From positions 1 through 12,830 of the IMG/VR virus record IMGVR_UViG_2671181030_000005: a DNA stretch of 12,830 nucleotides. One strand, 5' to 3'. The first letter of the stretch is position 1, and each line of letters begins with the position of its first letter. The stretch is from a virus. Lineage: Duplodnaviria > Heunggongvirae > Uroviricota > Caudoviricetes. The position numbers were made by a program, and so were the translations under genes. The notes below the pieces were generated by a model, which ran no database searches, was not told the DNA's origin, and saw only the letters and a program-made list of their open reading frames with translations. Shown here in pieces: positions 1-8,824 of the stretch.

Positions 1-933
1 ATGGACAACGACAAAATTGATCAACACAGCGACGAAATTGAAGTTGAGAGCGAAGAAAAAGAGCGTGGCAAAAAAATAGAAATAGATGAAGATCGACTCC
101 CCTCCCGGGCGATGGCAATTCATGAGCATATCCGCCAGGATGGTGAAAAAGAGCTGGAACGCGACGCAATGGCACTACTGTGGTCAGCCATTGCGGCGGG
201 TCTGTCGATGGGCGCTTCATTACTGGCAAAAGGGATATTTCATGTCGAACTGGAAGGTGTGCCGGGCAGCTTCTTGCTGGAGAATCTCGGTTATACCTTT
301 GGTTTTATTATCGTCATTATGGCCCGCCAGCAATTATTTACCGAAAACACCGTAACTGCGGTACTACCCGTCATGCAAAAACCGACAATGAGCAACGTTG
401 GCTTACTTATGCGGTTATGGGGCGTCGTGCTGCTGGGTAATATTCTCGGGACAGGTATTGCGGCGTGGGCATTTGAATATATGCCAATCTTCAATGAAGA
501 AACTCGCGATGCATTTGTCAAAATCGGCATGGATGTGATGAAGAACACCCCCAGCGAGATGTTTGCCAACGCGATCATTTCCGGCTGGCTGATCGCCACT
601 ATGGTATGGATGTTTCCTGCAGCGGGTGCGGCAAAGATTGTGGTGATTATATTGATGACTTGGCTTATTGCCCTGGGTGACACCACTCACATCGTTGTCG
701 GTTCTGTTGAAATCCTCTATCTGGTGTTTAACGGTACGCTGCACTGGAGCGATTTCATCTGGCCCTTCGCACTACCTACTTTAGCGGGGAACATCTGCGG
801 CGGCACCTTTATCTTCGCGTTAATGAGTCATGCACAGATCCGTAACGACATGAGCAACAAGCGCAAAGCAGAAGCACGCCAAAAAGCAGAACGTGCGGAA
901 AACATTAAGAAAAATGATAAAAACCCGGCATAA
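1..933 (+). CDS. yfdC: Formate/nitrite transporter (FNT) family inner-membrane protein YfdC
   Basis: 310-aa ORF filling the whole interval; multiple hydrophobic segments; sequence recalled as E. coli YfdC, the gene that precedes argW in E. coli. Window begins at its ATG. Confidence 0.9.
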   Translation: MDNDKIDQHSDEIEVESEEKERGKKIEIDEDRLPSRAMAIHEHIRQDGEKELERDAMALLWSAIAAGLSMGASLLAKGIFHVELEGVPGSFLLENLGYTFGFIIVIMARQQLFTENTVTAVLPVMQKPTMSNVGLLMRLWGVVLLGNILGTGIAAWAFEYMPIFNEETRDAFVKIGMDVMKNTPSEMFANAIISGWLIATMVWMFPAAGAAKIVVIILMTWLIALGDTTHIVVGSVEILYLVFNGTLHWSDFIWPFALPTLAGNICGGTFIFALMSHAQIRNDMSNKRKAEARQKAERAENIKKNDKNPA

Positions 934-968
934 ATGGCGAGGGTTTAAGCAATCGAGCGGCAGCGTAC

Positions 969-997
969 TTACCCCGCAGTCCATTAGCGGGTATACT
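969..997 (+). promoter_or_regulatory. Putative sigma70 promoter of argW (-35 TTACCC, 17-bp spacer, -10 TATACT, GC-rich discriminator)
   Basis: TATACT at 992..997 lies 11 nt upstream of the mature tRNA 5' end; weak -35 at 969..974; GC-rich catgccgc between -10 and the tRNA is typical of tRNA promoters. Motif-based only. Confidence 0.3.
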
Positions 998-1008
998 CAT
1001 GCCGCATT

Positions 1009-1083
1009 GTCCTCTTAGTTAAATGGATATAACGAGCCCCTCCTAAGGGCTAATTGCAGGTTCGATTCCTGCAGGGGACACCA
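1009..1083 (+). tRNA. argW: tRNA-Arg (anticodon CCU), argW, complete with encoded CCA
   Basis: 75-nt sequence GTCCTCTTAGTTAAATGGATATAACGAGCCCCTCCTAAGGGCTAATTGCAGGTTCGATTCCTGCAGGGGACACCA; cloverleaf with anticodon loop CU-CCU-AA and T-arm GGTTCGATTCC; matches recalled E. coli argW. Confidence 0.95.
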
Positions 1084-1199
1084 TTTATCAGTTCGCTCCC
1101 ATCCGTACCAGTCCGTAAAATCCCCAGAATATCAAGCCTCCCGGAAACTAACAGTTCGTCATGGTTCGCTTCAGATCGTTGACAGCCGCACTCCATGAC

Positions 1200-1245
1200 G
1201 GGTAAAAAGTGGATAAAATAATTTTACCCACCGGATTTTTACCCA
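1200..1245. promoter_or_regulatory. Cluster of GGGTAAAA-type repeats (two direct, two inverted) just upstream of and overlapping the int start; candidate arm-type recombinase or AlpA binding sites
   Basis: gggtaaaaa (1200..1208), ggataaaata (1211..1220), ttttaccca (1222..1230, inverted) and tttttaccca (1236..1245, inverted). The same motif recurs as a tandem pair at 11049..11070 at the other end of the element. Confidence 0.3.
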
Positions 1246-2402
1246 TGCTCACCGTTAAGCAGATTGAAGCAGCAAAGCCGAAAGAAAAACCATACCGCCT
1301 TCTCGATGGTAATGGCCTGTACCTTTATGTTCCTGTATCCGGGAAAAAGGTATGGCAGCTTCGCTACAAGATTGACGGTAAGGAGAAAATCCTGACCGTC
1401 GGAAAATATCCGCTTATGACTTTGCAGGAAGCAAGGGATAAGGCATGGACTGCGAGGAAAGACATCTCGGTTGGCATCGATCCGGTAAAGGCGAAAAAGG
1501 CTTCGTCTAACAACAATTCATTTAGTGCGATTTACAAGGAGTGGTACGAGCACAAGAAGCAAGTCTGGTCAGTAGGCTATGCAACTGAACTTGCCAAAAT
1601 GTTTGATGACGACATTTTACCCATCATCGGCGGCCTTGAAATTCAGGATATTGAGCCGATGCAACTGCTGGAAGTAATCCGCAGATTTGAAGATCGCGGC
1701 GCAATGGAGAGAGCCAACAAAGCCCGCAGAAGATGCGGCGAGGTTTTCCGTTACGCTATTGTTACTGGTAGGGCTAAATATAACCCGGCACCTGACCTTG
1801 CTGACGCCATGAAGGGATACCGCAAGAAGAACTTCCCGTTTCTTCCTGCAGACCAGATCCCGGCATTCAACAAAGCACTGGCAACATTTTCAGGAAGTAT
1901 TGTATCGCTCATTGCGACCAAAGTTTTACGCTACACAGCCCTAAGAACGAAAGAGCTTCGTTCTATGCTATGGAAGAACGTCGATTTTGAAAACAGGATT
2001 ATCACCATCGACGCCAGTGTGATGAAAGGACGCAAAATTCATGTGGTCCCGATGTCAGACCAGGTGGTTGAACTTCTCACTACGTTAAGCTCCATCACCA
2101 AACCAGTATCAGAATTTGTTTTTGCCGGGCGCAACGATAAGAAGAAGCCAATCTGCGAGAACGCGGTGCTACTTGTGATCAAACAAATCGGCTATGAGGG
2201 TCTGGAAAGCGGTCACGGATTCAGACATGAATTCAGCACGATTATGAACGAGCACGAATGGCCTGCTGACGCTATTGAAGTGCAACTGGCACATGCCAAC
2301 GGCGGATCTGTGCGTGGGATTTACAACCATGCTCAGTATCTCGATAAGCGCAGAGAAATGATGCAGTGGTGGGCGGACTGGATTGATGAGAGGGTGGCAT
2401 AG
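1245..2402 (+). CDS. intS: Tyrosine recombinase / phage integrase, P4-IntS type
   Basis: 385 aa from ATG 1245 (MLTVKQIEAAKPKEKPYRLL...); C-terminal catalytic region HGFRHEF ... LAHANGGSVRGIYNHAQY with the terminal Tyr; position directly 3' of a tRNA gene. Recalled as near-identical to E. coli K-12 IntS (CPS-53). The ORF track starts at a GTG at 1209; I prefer the ATG at 1245. Confidence 0.9.
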   Translation: MLTVKQIEAAKPKEKPYRLLDGNGLYLYVPVSGKKVWQLRYKIDGKEKILTVGKYPLMTLQEARDKAWTARKDISVGIDPVKAKKASSNNNSFSAIYKEWYEHKKQVWSVGYATELAKMFDDDILPIIGGLEIQDIEPMQLLEVIRRFEDRGAMERANKARRRCGEVFRYAIVTGRAKYNPAPDLADAMKGYRKKNFPFLPADQIPAFNKALATFSGSIVSLIATKVLRYTALRTKELRSMLWKNVDFENRIITIDASVMKGRKIHVVPMSDQVVELLTTLSSITKPVSEFVFAGRNDKKKPICENAVLLVIKQIGYEGLESGHGFRHEFSTIMNEHEWPADAIEVQLAHANGGSVRGIYNHAQYLDKRREMMQWWADWIDERVA

Positions 2403-2536
2403 CGCCACCTATAAACCGTGCAATAATCAAACTCACATCGCATCGTTGATGATGTATGTTATCACTCCTAATGCAGCAGATGTCTCACAGAGGGCGCCAT
2501 TCTGCAACCAATCCATTCCCAATTTATCAGATTAAC

Positions 2537-4627
2537 CTACATATTCACGCATGATATATGCTCAATAATCACTGTCATCCGCCCGCTTGCAGCGGTGGTT
2601 CCAGCGATTTTTTTTACAACTAAATTGTTTTCAGCAACTGTGACCACGATAGATCCAACGTTTGTTTGTGTTTTTACTCCAGCGACTGATTCTATATAAT
2701 ATGGCAATGATAACCCGAAGAACCAGTATCCTTCTGTGAATAGCTTTGCTGCATGCTCATCCCTGTTTGAGTTATACATTACAGATATTTTTACTGCCGT
2801 TTTTCCATTTGTTGTCTTTATTGGTATTAAAAGTGTTGTAGATTCATTTTCAGCTACGTCTGCAGTTACTGCATAGATGCGTTGAGATGTATCGGAATTT
2901 ACGTTAGTTAGCGTATCAAACCCTCTGCAATTACTTACTTGACGAAATAAAACATCAAGAAAAGTTGTAACCCCTGGCAATGGGTCAAGATAATACAATG
3001 GTGCGATATTTCCATCGCCAAGATTGAGGTTTTGCACCCGTACTATAGCCTTCACATACGCAGAGGAACCTCTGCTTATTTGAATTACAGCAGTTGGCAC
3101 CGTTCCTGCCATTCCTGACGACTGAATGTTTCTGAAGATAACCTCTTTGAAGAGATATACATTAAAATTTGTGTTTCCTGTATTGCTATACAGAAATCCA
3201 ACATTCTCTATTATGGCATTACATTTTATATTTTCAGCAATGTAACCATCATATGTATTCGGCGAGTTATTATAAAATGATACCAGACGAGAGATAATAT
3301 CTGACGGATCTTCGCAGTTGACGTCAATATTTCGCAAAGAAATACCTCGAAATGTCGGTGCTCCACTGACAAGACCACCTGAAACGATTGACTGTGGGGC
3401 TGCTCCGTCAGCATAGAAGCAACTAAGTCCGTCTAGAGAACCTCCTGCCTGCAAGTCTACTGCTGACTGCCCAGCAGCAACAGCAAAGGCCTGTGTGCGC
3501 CGCTCTACAATATTGCTCACCCGAGAGTTCATTATCTGTGATTTGACTGATCTCTTCTGGCAGTCTTCAAAATACGAATCACTAATATCAAATACTGCTG
3601 ATAAATAGTTAGGGGATGATGCATATATCCCATCCGCATCCTGATATGGTCCAACTCGGAATACTGAAATATTCCTAACATAGCAATATTCAAAGTTTTG
3701 AACCATAAACCCGCGACCAACATTAGAACCACCTGAGCTTGAAATATCATAAGCTGAGGAATCTGACAGCCTAATCTCTTTCCATCTAAACAATGAGCCT
3801 GCCGTAATATATGCAGCAGTTGATAATCCTGTGTCAATTGCTTCCCTAGCGTTTCTTCCAGAATAGCCTGAAATAGATATTTTTGCGTTGTTATCGGATG
3901 AAAGCGCATAGAGTAGCTTTGCAGCATTGTTCTTGCCGTCAATGGCAATATCCTCTATGGAAAGAACGGATGAGCACGTTATTTTTAAAACAAATGGACT
4001 TACTGCTCCAGTATAGATAATAGTTCCATTTCTTATTGTTGTTTTTTTGTTGAAAACAACACTAATCATCTCGCTTGTTTTAATTGTCATTCCAGACAGG
4101 TCGATAACATACCCATCATATCTATTTAGCAAATAGATTAATTTTTCTCCTTCATCTGTCCCATCACCAGTTATTCCTGCCGATGATGGCGTAACATAAT
4201 ATATAGCACTTTGAACTGTTCCACCCTGCTGAAGGGGGATCATATCCGCACCTTTTCCTTTCCCTGTGGATGTAATTTCCTTCCTTAACTGATCAGGGTC
4301 GTATTTCAGCACATTAGGGAAATAAAACTGCTGCGCACCATATGCATCATAAACAGCCATAGAGTGGCCTTGCACAGTTACGAACTTGGCAATCTGTCCG
4401 TTATATACAGGATAACCAGCGGCGTTAATGATGATTGGCTGCGAAACAGGAACGTGAGAACCATCCTCATTCTCCACATAAACCTGAATCTGGTTTTCAG
4501 GATTTACCGGGTCAGTGTCAATTTTACCGATATAAATTTTACCATTGGCAACCGCTTTAAAAGAACGCGCCATAGTGAAGAGTTGCGAAGGCATGCTTAC
4601 CACAACATTTGCGGTGATATCTGACAT
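2537..4627 (-). CDS. P22-like tailspike protein (gene 9 homolog) with conserved N-terminal head-binding domain and divergent receptor-binding domain
   Basis: 696 aa from ATG at 4627 ([46 protein letters not shown]...), closely matching the recalled P22 gp9 N-terminus ([46 protein letters not shown]...); the remainder diverges from P22. GGAG 7 nt upstream of the ATG. The ORF-track N-terminal extension to 4726 has no homology and is rejected. Confidence 0.85.
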   Translation of the reverse strand: MSDITANVVVSMPSQLFTMARSFKAVANGKIYIGKIDTDPVNPENQIQVYVENEDGSHVPVSQPIIINAAGYPVYNGQIAKFVTVQGHSMAVYDAYGAQQFYFPNVLKYDPDQLRKEITSTGKGKGADMIPLQQGGTVQSAIYYVTPSSAGITGDGTDEGEKLIYLLNRYDGYVIDLSGMTIKTSEMISVVFNKKTTIRNGTIIYTGAVSPFVLKITCSSVLSIEDIAIDGKNNAAKLLYALSSDNNAKISISGYSGRNAREAIDTGLSTAAYITAGSLFRWKEIRLSDSSAYDISSSGGSNVGRGFMVQNFEYCYVRNISVFRVGPYQDADGIYASSPNYLSAVFDISDSYFEDCQKRSVKSQIMNSRVSNIVERRTQAFAVAAGQSAVDLQAGGSLDGLSCFYADGAAPQSIVSGGLVSGAPTFRGISLRNIDVNCEDPSDIISRLVSFYNNSPNTYDGYIAENIKCNAIIENVGFLYSNTGNTNFNVYLFKEVIFRNIQSSGMAGTVPTAVIQISRGSSAYVKAIVRVQNLNLGDGNIAPLYYLDPLPGVTTFLDVLFRQVSNCRGFDTLTNVNSDTSQRIYAVTADVAENESTTLLIPIKTTNGKTAVKISVMYNSNRDEHAAKLFTEGYWFFGLSLPYYIESVAGVKTQTNVGSIVVTVAENNLVVKKIAGTTAASGRMTVIIEHISCVNM

Positions 4628-4747
4628 TTCATTGCTCCAGACGATGATATGATGCAACCATGATGTGATTGCATACCGAAATGGTACTATTGAGTATTTA
4701 TCCAGTAGGTTACGATGCCATTCCACCCAACTGGTGAGGCATCAAGG

Positions 4748-5014
4748 ATGTACAGCAAATACGATGAGGCGCAGTTTCACTTGAGACTTCCGCATGAACT
4801 CCACGCGAAAATTAAGCAGCGTGCGAAGATGAATAACAGATCTCTGAACTCAGAGATAATTGCAGCGATTGAAGAATCGTTGGCTAAACAAAGCTCTGCA
4901 TCCGTTTACATTGATGATGCAGAGCGTATGGCAGAACAACAATCTGATATGGTTAAGAAAATGGTATTTGAAACGCTTAAGACCATGTATAGCAATAATA
5001 AAAAGGAAACATAG
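4748..5014 (+). CDS. mnt: Mnt-like ribbon-helix-helix repressor (P22 immI-type)
   Basis: 88 aa from ATG 4748 (MYSKYDEAQFHLRLPHELHAKIKQRAKMNNRSLNSEIIAAIEESLAK...AERMAEQQSDMVKKMVFETLK), aligning with recalled P22 Mnt (…PHFNFRMPMEVREKLKFRAEANGRSMNSELLQIVQDALSK…AERLADEQSELVKKMVFDTLK). GAGG 8 nt upstream. Divergent from the tailspike gene as in the P22 immI region, but no arc or ant is present. Confidence 0.8.
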   Translation: MYSKYDEAQFHLRLPHELHAKIKQRAKMNNRSLNSEIIAAIEESLAKQSSASVYIDDAERMAEQQSDMVKKMVFETLKTMYSNNKKET

Positions 5015-5084
5015 AAATCTAGTTTCCGGCTAAAATGGCATAGCCTTCATGATATCCTGTGAAAAACTAAGGAGAGTTAACCAT

Positions 5085-5570
5085 ATGAAAAAATCACTGT
5101 TAATTATCCCGCTTCTGCTGGTTGGATGCGCAAAAGTAAGTGACTATCAAGCAAGTTGCGAACAACGCTATCAAAAGCTTAGCGATATGGCTAATTGCCT
5201 TGATGCCAGTGTGAAGAACGACTCACGCATGGCATCAGCACCAACACCTAAGCTGTATGTCCTTGCTGCAAAGATGCTCGGGCAAGGTGTCGATGAAGGC
5301 AAGATAAGTGACGCACAGGCAAGACTTGAGCTTCAGAATCTTTATGTTCAATTACAAAGCCAAGAACAAGCCCAACAAATAGCACAAAGCCAAGCATTCC
5401 AGCAGGCTTTATTGAATTATCAGGCTGTAAACACAATGCAAGCGATCGAGCAAAAAGCGCGCCAGCCTGTTATAACTCAACCTTACCCAACACGCGTTGA
5501 CACATATACAAACTGCAATTCAGGATTTGGAAACACGGTAACATGCAACAGTAGCAGTAACATCAGATAA
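5085..5570 (+). CDS. Predicted lipoprotein with Gln-rich region, unknown function (occupies the sieA-like position between mnt and the ejection-type genes)
   Basis: 161 aa from ATG 5085; signal peptide MKKSLLIIPLLLVGC with lipobox LVGC; AAGGAG 10 nt upstream; Q-rich segment QLQSQEQAQQIAQSQAFQQALLNYQ. No family recognised. Confidence 0.7.
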   Translation: MKKSLLIIPLLLVGCAKVSDYQASCEQRYQKLSDMANCLDASVKNDSRMASAPTPKLYVLAAKMLGQGVDEGKISDAQARLELQNLYVQLQSQEQAQQIAQSQAFQQALLNYQAVNTMQAIEQKARQPVITQPYPTRVDTYTNCNSGFGNTVTCNSSSNIR

Positions 5571-6018
5571 CAATCAGCAAAGGTACCTTTGCAGAGGTGG
5601 CGCGCTGTTCGACTGTTGAGTCTGTCACCGGGTCACCCGCCCATTGAGCAAAGCGATCATCAACGTAACCGCGGCCTTCAGGTCCTGGCGTATATTCACC
5701 ACGCTTTGCCTTCATAACGTTGCCGGGACCGTCGTGATAAGCCTGAAGAGCGTCACGCCAGTTACCAAACTGCTGGTACATCTTTGCCAGATAGCGCGCG
5801 CCAGCGTCAGCTTGATATTCGGGGTTTTGCATTTGCTCATCGGTATAACCCATATCACGCCATGTCCCAGGCATGACCTGAGTCAATCCTACAGCCCCGG
5901 CGGAGCTTACTGCGGCAGGGTTGTAAGAAGACTCCTTGGCACCCAGTGCAGTCATCAACCCTTCTGGCACACCGTAACGTGCGCCAGCCTGCTCTAACAA
6001 ATCACGGTAATTAGCCAT
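5563..6018 (-). CDS. Lytic transglycosylase (SLT domain) protein, no signal peptide
   Basis: 151 aa; SLT catalytic motif region GAKESSYNPAAVSSAGAVGLTQVMPGTW and downstream AYHDGPG; start ATG follows, in the same frame, the TAA stop of the upstream 381-aa ORF. Confidence 0.8.
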   Translation of the reverse strand: MANYRDLLEQAGARYGVPEGLMTALGAKESSYNPAAVSSAGAVGLTQVMPGTWRDMGYTDEQMQNPEYQADAGARYLAKMYQQFGNWRDALQAYHDGPGNVMKAKRGEYTPGPEGRGYVDDRFAQWAGDPVTDSTVEQRATSAKVPLLIVI

Positions 6019-7164
6019 TTACTGCCCCAAAGATGGAAGATATCCGTAGCGATTAATGAAGTCGATTGACAGCTCGGGGTGCTGCTTCAGGTAATCTATA
6101 GAAGCCTGAGGCGCTTCCACTCGCTTGATACCGTTTTGCTGAACGTACTTACCAACCGCCTCATTACGCTTCTGGTTGAGCGTGTTCAGGATGACGCCAG
6201 CGTTGCGACGAAAGGACTCCTCGCTCTGCGAGTTCTGCAGCGAACCAACAGCCTGGTCGAGCTTTTTGCCCTCGGCATCAGAAAGTGCGCCCATGCCTCG
6301 CATGGCCTGAACCGCTGTCAGGTATGCTTGTGATTTAAAGGTATCAAGTCGTGCCTGAGTGTCTGCAGCCTGTGAGCCTGGAACGTTGGGGATTACTCCA
6401 CGTAAGCCTGTAATGCTCTTAAGTGAAGGAGAACTAACGATATCGTTCAGAGTGAACATGCTGGTTGTGAGGGTGTTGATGCCGTCTTTGTAGCCATCAT
6501 TTAGCGCTTGCTGCTTCTGCTGCAACTGCTGGTTGTTGGCTGCTATGCGGCTCTGTATTTCCTGGCGCTTCAGGTCGTTAGTTTCTGCTGATAGCATCCG
6601 GTCAAGGCGCTTATTTTCGTTGTTAATGCGGTTTGTTTCTGCGTCCAGATTAATGCGCTGCTGACCTAAATTCGCCTGGATATCTTGTCCGCGCATTGTG
6701 ATTGCCTGATTCCGAGCGGCGGTTTGCGAATCCAGATCCTGACCGCGCATGGTAACCTGGCGACCCTGCATTTTATCCTGTAGGTCAAAGTATTTTTCGG
6801 GCCCGAGACTGTTCATCCCCAGGTGATCGACAAATTCGACGAACTGCCGCGGGTTCTGTTGGTACATCTGAGCGACGTCATGAGGATTAACGCCAACACG
6901 AGCTAACTCACCGGCGTTGTTTTGCAGCCATGATTGCATTGCTTCTGGAGACGATGACGCAAGGCGTGCGCCAGCCGCTAAGGTGCCGATAGAATTACGC
7001 TGGTCTTCATCAATGAATCCCATGCCTTTACGAACGGATTCAATCTGGTCTGGATATTGAGTAATCTCGTTAGCAACGCGCATGAAACCATCTTCGGTAT
7101 CTGCCACGCGATGCTCCACGACCTCCAGTTGAGGCCTGTAATCAGCTAACTTAACGACGCCCAT
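6019..7164 (-). CDS. Gln/Asn-rich phage structural protein, candidate ejection (DNA-transfer) protein; function uncertain
   Basis: 381-aa ORF, long uninterrupted; low-complexity coiled-coil-like Q/N-rich middle; lies where P22-like phages place ejection genes, upstream of the immI and tailspike region; directly followed in frame by the SLT ORF. Family assignment is positional inference, not motif-proven. Confidence 0.5.
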   Translation of the reverse strand: MGVVKLADYRPQLEVVEHRVADTEDGFMRVANEITQYPDQIESVRKGMGFIDEDQRNSIGTLAAGARLASSSPEAMQSWLQNNAGELARVGVNPHDVAQMYQQNPRQFVEFVDHLGMNSLGPEKYFDLQDKMQGRQVTMRGQDLDSQTAARNQAITMRGQDIQANLGQQRINLDAETNRINNENKRLDRMLSAETNDLKRQEIQSRIAANNQQLQQKQQALNDGYKDGINTLTTSMFTLNDIVSSPSLKSITGLRGVIPNVPGSQAADTQARLDTFKSQAYLTAVQAMRGMGALSDAEGKKLDQAVGSLQNSQSEESFRRNAGVILNTLNQKRNEAVGKYVQQNGIKRVEAPQASIDYLKQHPELSIDFINRYGYLPSLGQ

Positions 7165-7312
7165 GTTTCACTCCTGCTTTGGCTAGTCTGTAAACACCAA
7201 CAAGGCGCTCTGCGAACGCCCTGTTATTTGCTGCGGCTACCACTAATCCCTCAGGTGAATCAGGGTGTCGAATCTCTTCTTTTTCCTGGTATTTCTTACG
7301 ACGTTTTGTCAT
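7151..7312 (-). CDS. Small basic ORF (53 aa), possible deletion-junction fusion ORF
   Basis: ATG at 7312 with AGGAG 7 nt upstream; MTKRRKKYQEKEEIRHPDSPEGLVVAAANNRAFAERLVGVYRLAKAGVKHGRR; overlaps the start of the 381-aa gene by 14 nt; sits 32 bp downstream of the cII-like stop. Below the 60-aa cutoff of the ORF track; found by manual translation. Confidence 0.3.
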   Translation of the reverse strand: MTKRRKKYQEKEEIRHPDSPEGLVVAAANNRAFAERLVGVYRLAKAGVKHGRR

Positions 7313-7344
7313 AATTACTCCTGTGGATTGATCCAGTAATTCCC

Positions 7345-7641
7345 TCAGAATTGCATATCAATTTGCTCAGAATCCTCGGTGGCAGCCGGGGATTTTTTCT
7401 TTGTGATTCCATCCAATGCATACTTAAAAGCCCTGCTAATCGGACTGATGTCTGATGCCATTCCGAAAGCACACAAGACCGAAGCAATAAATCTCCAGTC
7501 CGTTCTGCTTATCTTCGATTCATGACAGCCAATCATCTTTGCCAGACCGCGCTGGGTAAGCGTTGACAGGTTGATGAGTAAATCAGTTTCAGCGCGATCA
7601 ATTTCTCGCTGTGTTGGCTTGCTATAACTTGCTTGTGTCAT
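7345..7641 (-). CDS. cII: CII-family transcriptional activator (lambda CII-like)
   Basis: 98 aa; C-terminus TKKKSPAATEDSEQIDMQF resembles recalled lambda CII C-terminus (TNKKRPAATERSEQIQMEF); helix-turn-helix-like core ...GLAKMIGCHESKISR...; located immediately downstream of cro on the same strand, as in lambda. Confidence 0.7.
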   Translation of the reverse strand: MTQASYSKPTQREIDRAETDLLINLSTLTQRGLAKMIGCHESKISRTDWRFIASVLCAFGMASDISPISRAFKYALDGITKKKSPAATEDSEQIDMQF

Positions 7642-7725
7642 TTGTTAATTTTCCAATAGTGAATAGTTAGTTGAAAGGTATGCGTGGAAACGCATATGGC
7701 CTTAGTTGGTCAGATATCTTGGGGC

Positions 7726-7740
7726 TCGCTTTGTCAGCGA
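7726..7740 (-). promoter_or_regulatory. nutR-like boxB hairpin (TCGCT-GACAA-AGCGA on the minus strand) between cro and cII
   Basis: 5-bp stem with GACAA pentaloop, the loop I recall for P22-type boxB; a boxA-like CGCTCTTT lies upstream on the same strand (about 7766..7774). Motif-level call. Confidence 0.4.
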
Positions 7741-7778
7741 CGTAGGACGAATGTCCATTGTGAAAAGAGCGGTGTTAC

Positions 7779-7979
7779 TTATGCAGTTGTTTTTTTGTTA
7801 CTTGGGAAGGGCTTTATTTCTTCCGCATAAACGCTTCCATCAGCGTTTATAGTTAAAAAAATCTTTCGGCCTGCATGAATGGCCTTGTTAATCGCGCTTT
7901 GATATACGCCGAGATCTTTAGCCGTCTTGGTTTGCCCAAAGCGTATTGCATAATCTTTCAGGGTTATGCGTTGTTCCAT
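7779..7979 (-). CDS. cro: Cro repressor, lambda type
   Basis: 66 aa [66 protein letters not shown]; differs from recalled lambda Cro at about two positions (M12I, V55I); AAGGAGG 7-8 nt upstream of ATG. Confidence 0.95.
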   Translation of the reverse strand: MEQRITLKDYAIRFGQTKTAKDLGVYQSAINKAIHAGRKIFLTINADGSVYAEEIKPFPSNKKTTA

Positions 7980-8002
7980 ACAACCTCCTTAGTACAGGCA
8001 AC

Positions 8003-8069
8003 CATTATCACCGCTAGAGGTAAAATAGTCAACACGCACGGTGTTAGAAGTTTATCCCTTGCGGTGATA
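8003..8069. promoter_or_regulatory. Lambda-type right operator region: OR1 (8006..8022), OR2 (8030..8046), OR3 (8053..8069) with divergent PR (toward cro) and PRM (toward cI)
   Basis: Three 17-bp operators: TATCACCGCTAGAGGTA, CAACACGCACGGTGTTA, TATCCCTTGCGGTGATA; PR -35 TTGACT and -10 GATAAT on the minus strand; layout as in lambda. Confidence 0.85.
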
Positions 8070-8076
8070 GATTTAA

Positions 8077-8793
<717 letters not shown>

Positions 8794-8824
8794 TTGTTTT
8801 ATTTTTCACGTAATAGGATGATTT

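Noticed and set aside
86-744. Four overlapping ORFs (86..355 +, 180..440 +, 291..686 -, 415..744 -) inside yfdC
   Set aside because: They lie in alternative frames or antisense within a well-supported membrane-protein gene; no RBS or homology; typical spurious ORFs.
2169-2408. 79-aa ORF antisense to the 3' end of the integrase gene
   Set aside because: Fully embedded antisense in the integrase catalytic-domain coding region; no RBS; no recognisable product.
2403-2536. Possible bidirectional terminator between the convergent int and tailspike genes
   Set aside because: Only a weak 5-bp stem (GCAGA / TCTGC) with a 20-nt loop and no adjacent U-run was found; not convincing as an intrinsic terminator.
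3226-4726. ORFs inside the tailspike gene (3226..3414 -, 3532..3948 -, 4364..4624 +) and the ORF-track N-terminal extension of the tailspike to 4726
   Set aside because: Alternative-frame or antisense ORFs within a long, homologous tailspike gene; the N-terminal extension ([12 protein letters not shown]...) has no homology, whereas the P22-like N-terminus begins at the internal ATG (4627) that has a proper RBS.
5015-5040. Hairpin GGAAAC / GTTTCC after mnt as a possible terminator
   Set aside because: 11-nt loop and no U-run following; the lipoprotein gene with a strong RBS follows immediately, so co-transcription is more likely than termination.
5248-6333. Antisense or alternative-frame ORFs 5248..5436 (-), 5644..5997 (+), 6079..6333 (+)
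   Set aside because: Embedded in the lipoprotein, SLT and 381-aa genes respectively; no RBS and no homology; composition consistent with shadow ORFs.
7296-7487. 63-aa ORF overlapping the cII-like gene
   Set aside because: Alternative frame within the cII-like coding region; the cII-like frame carries the recognisable C-terminal motif, this one does not.
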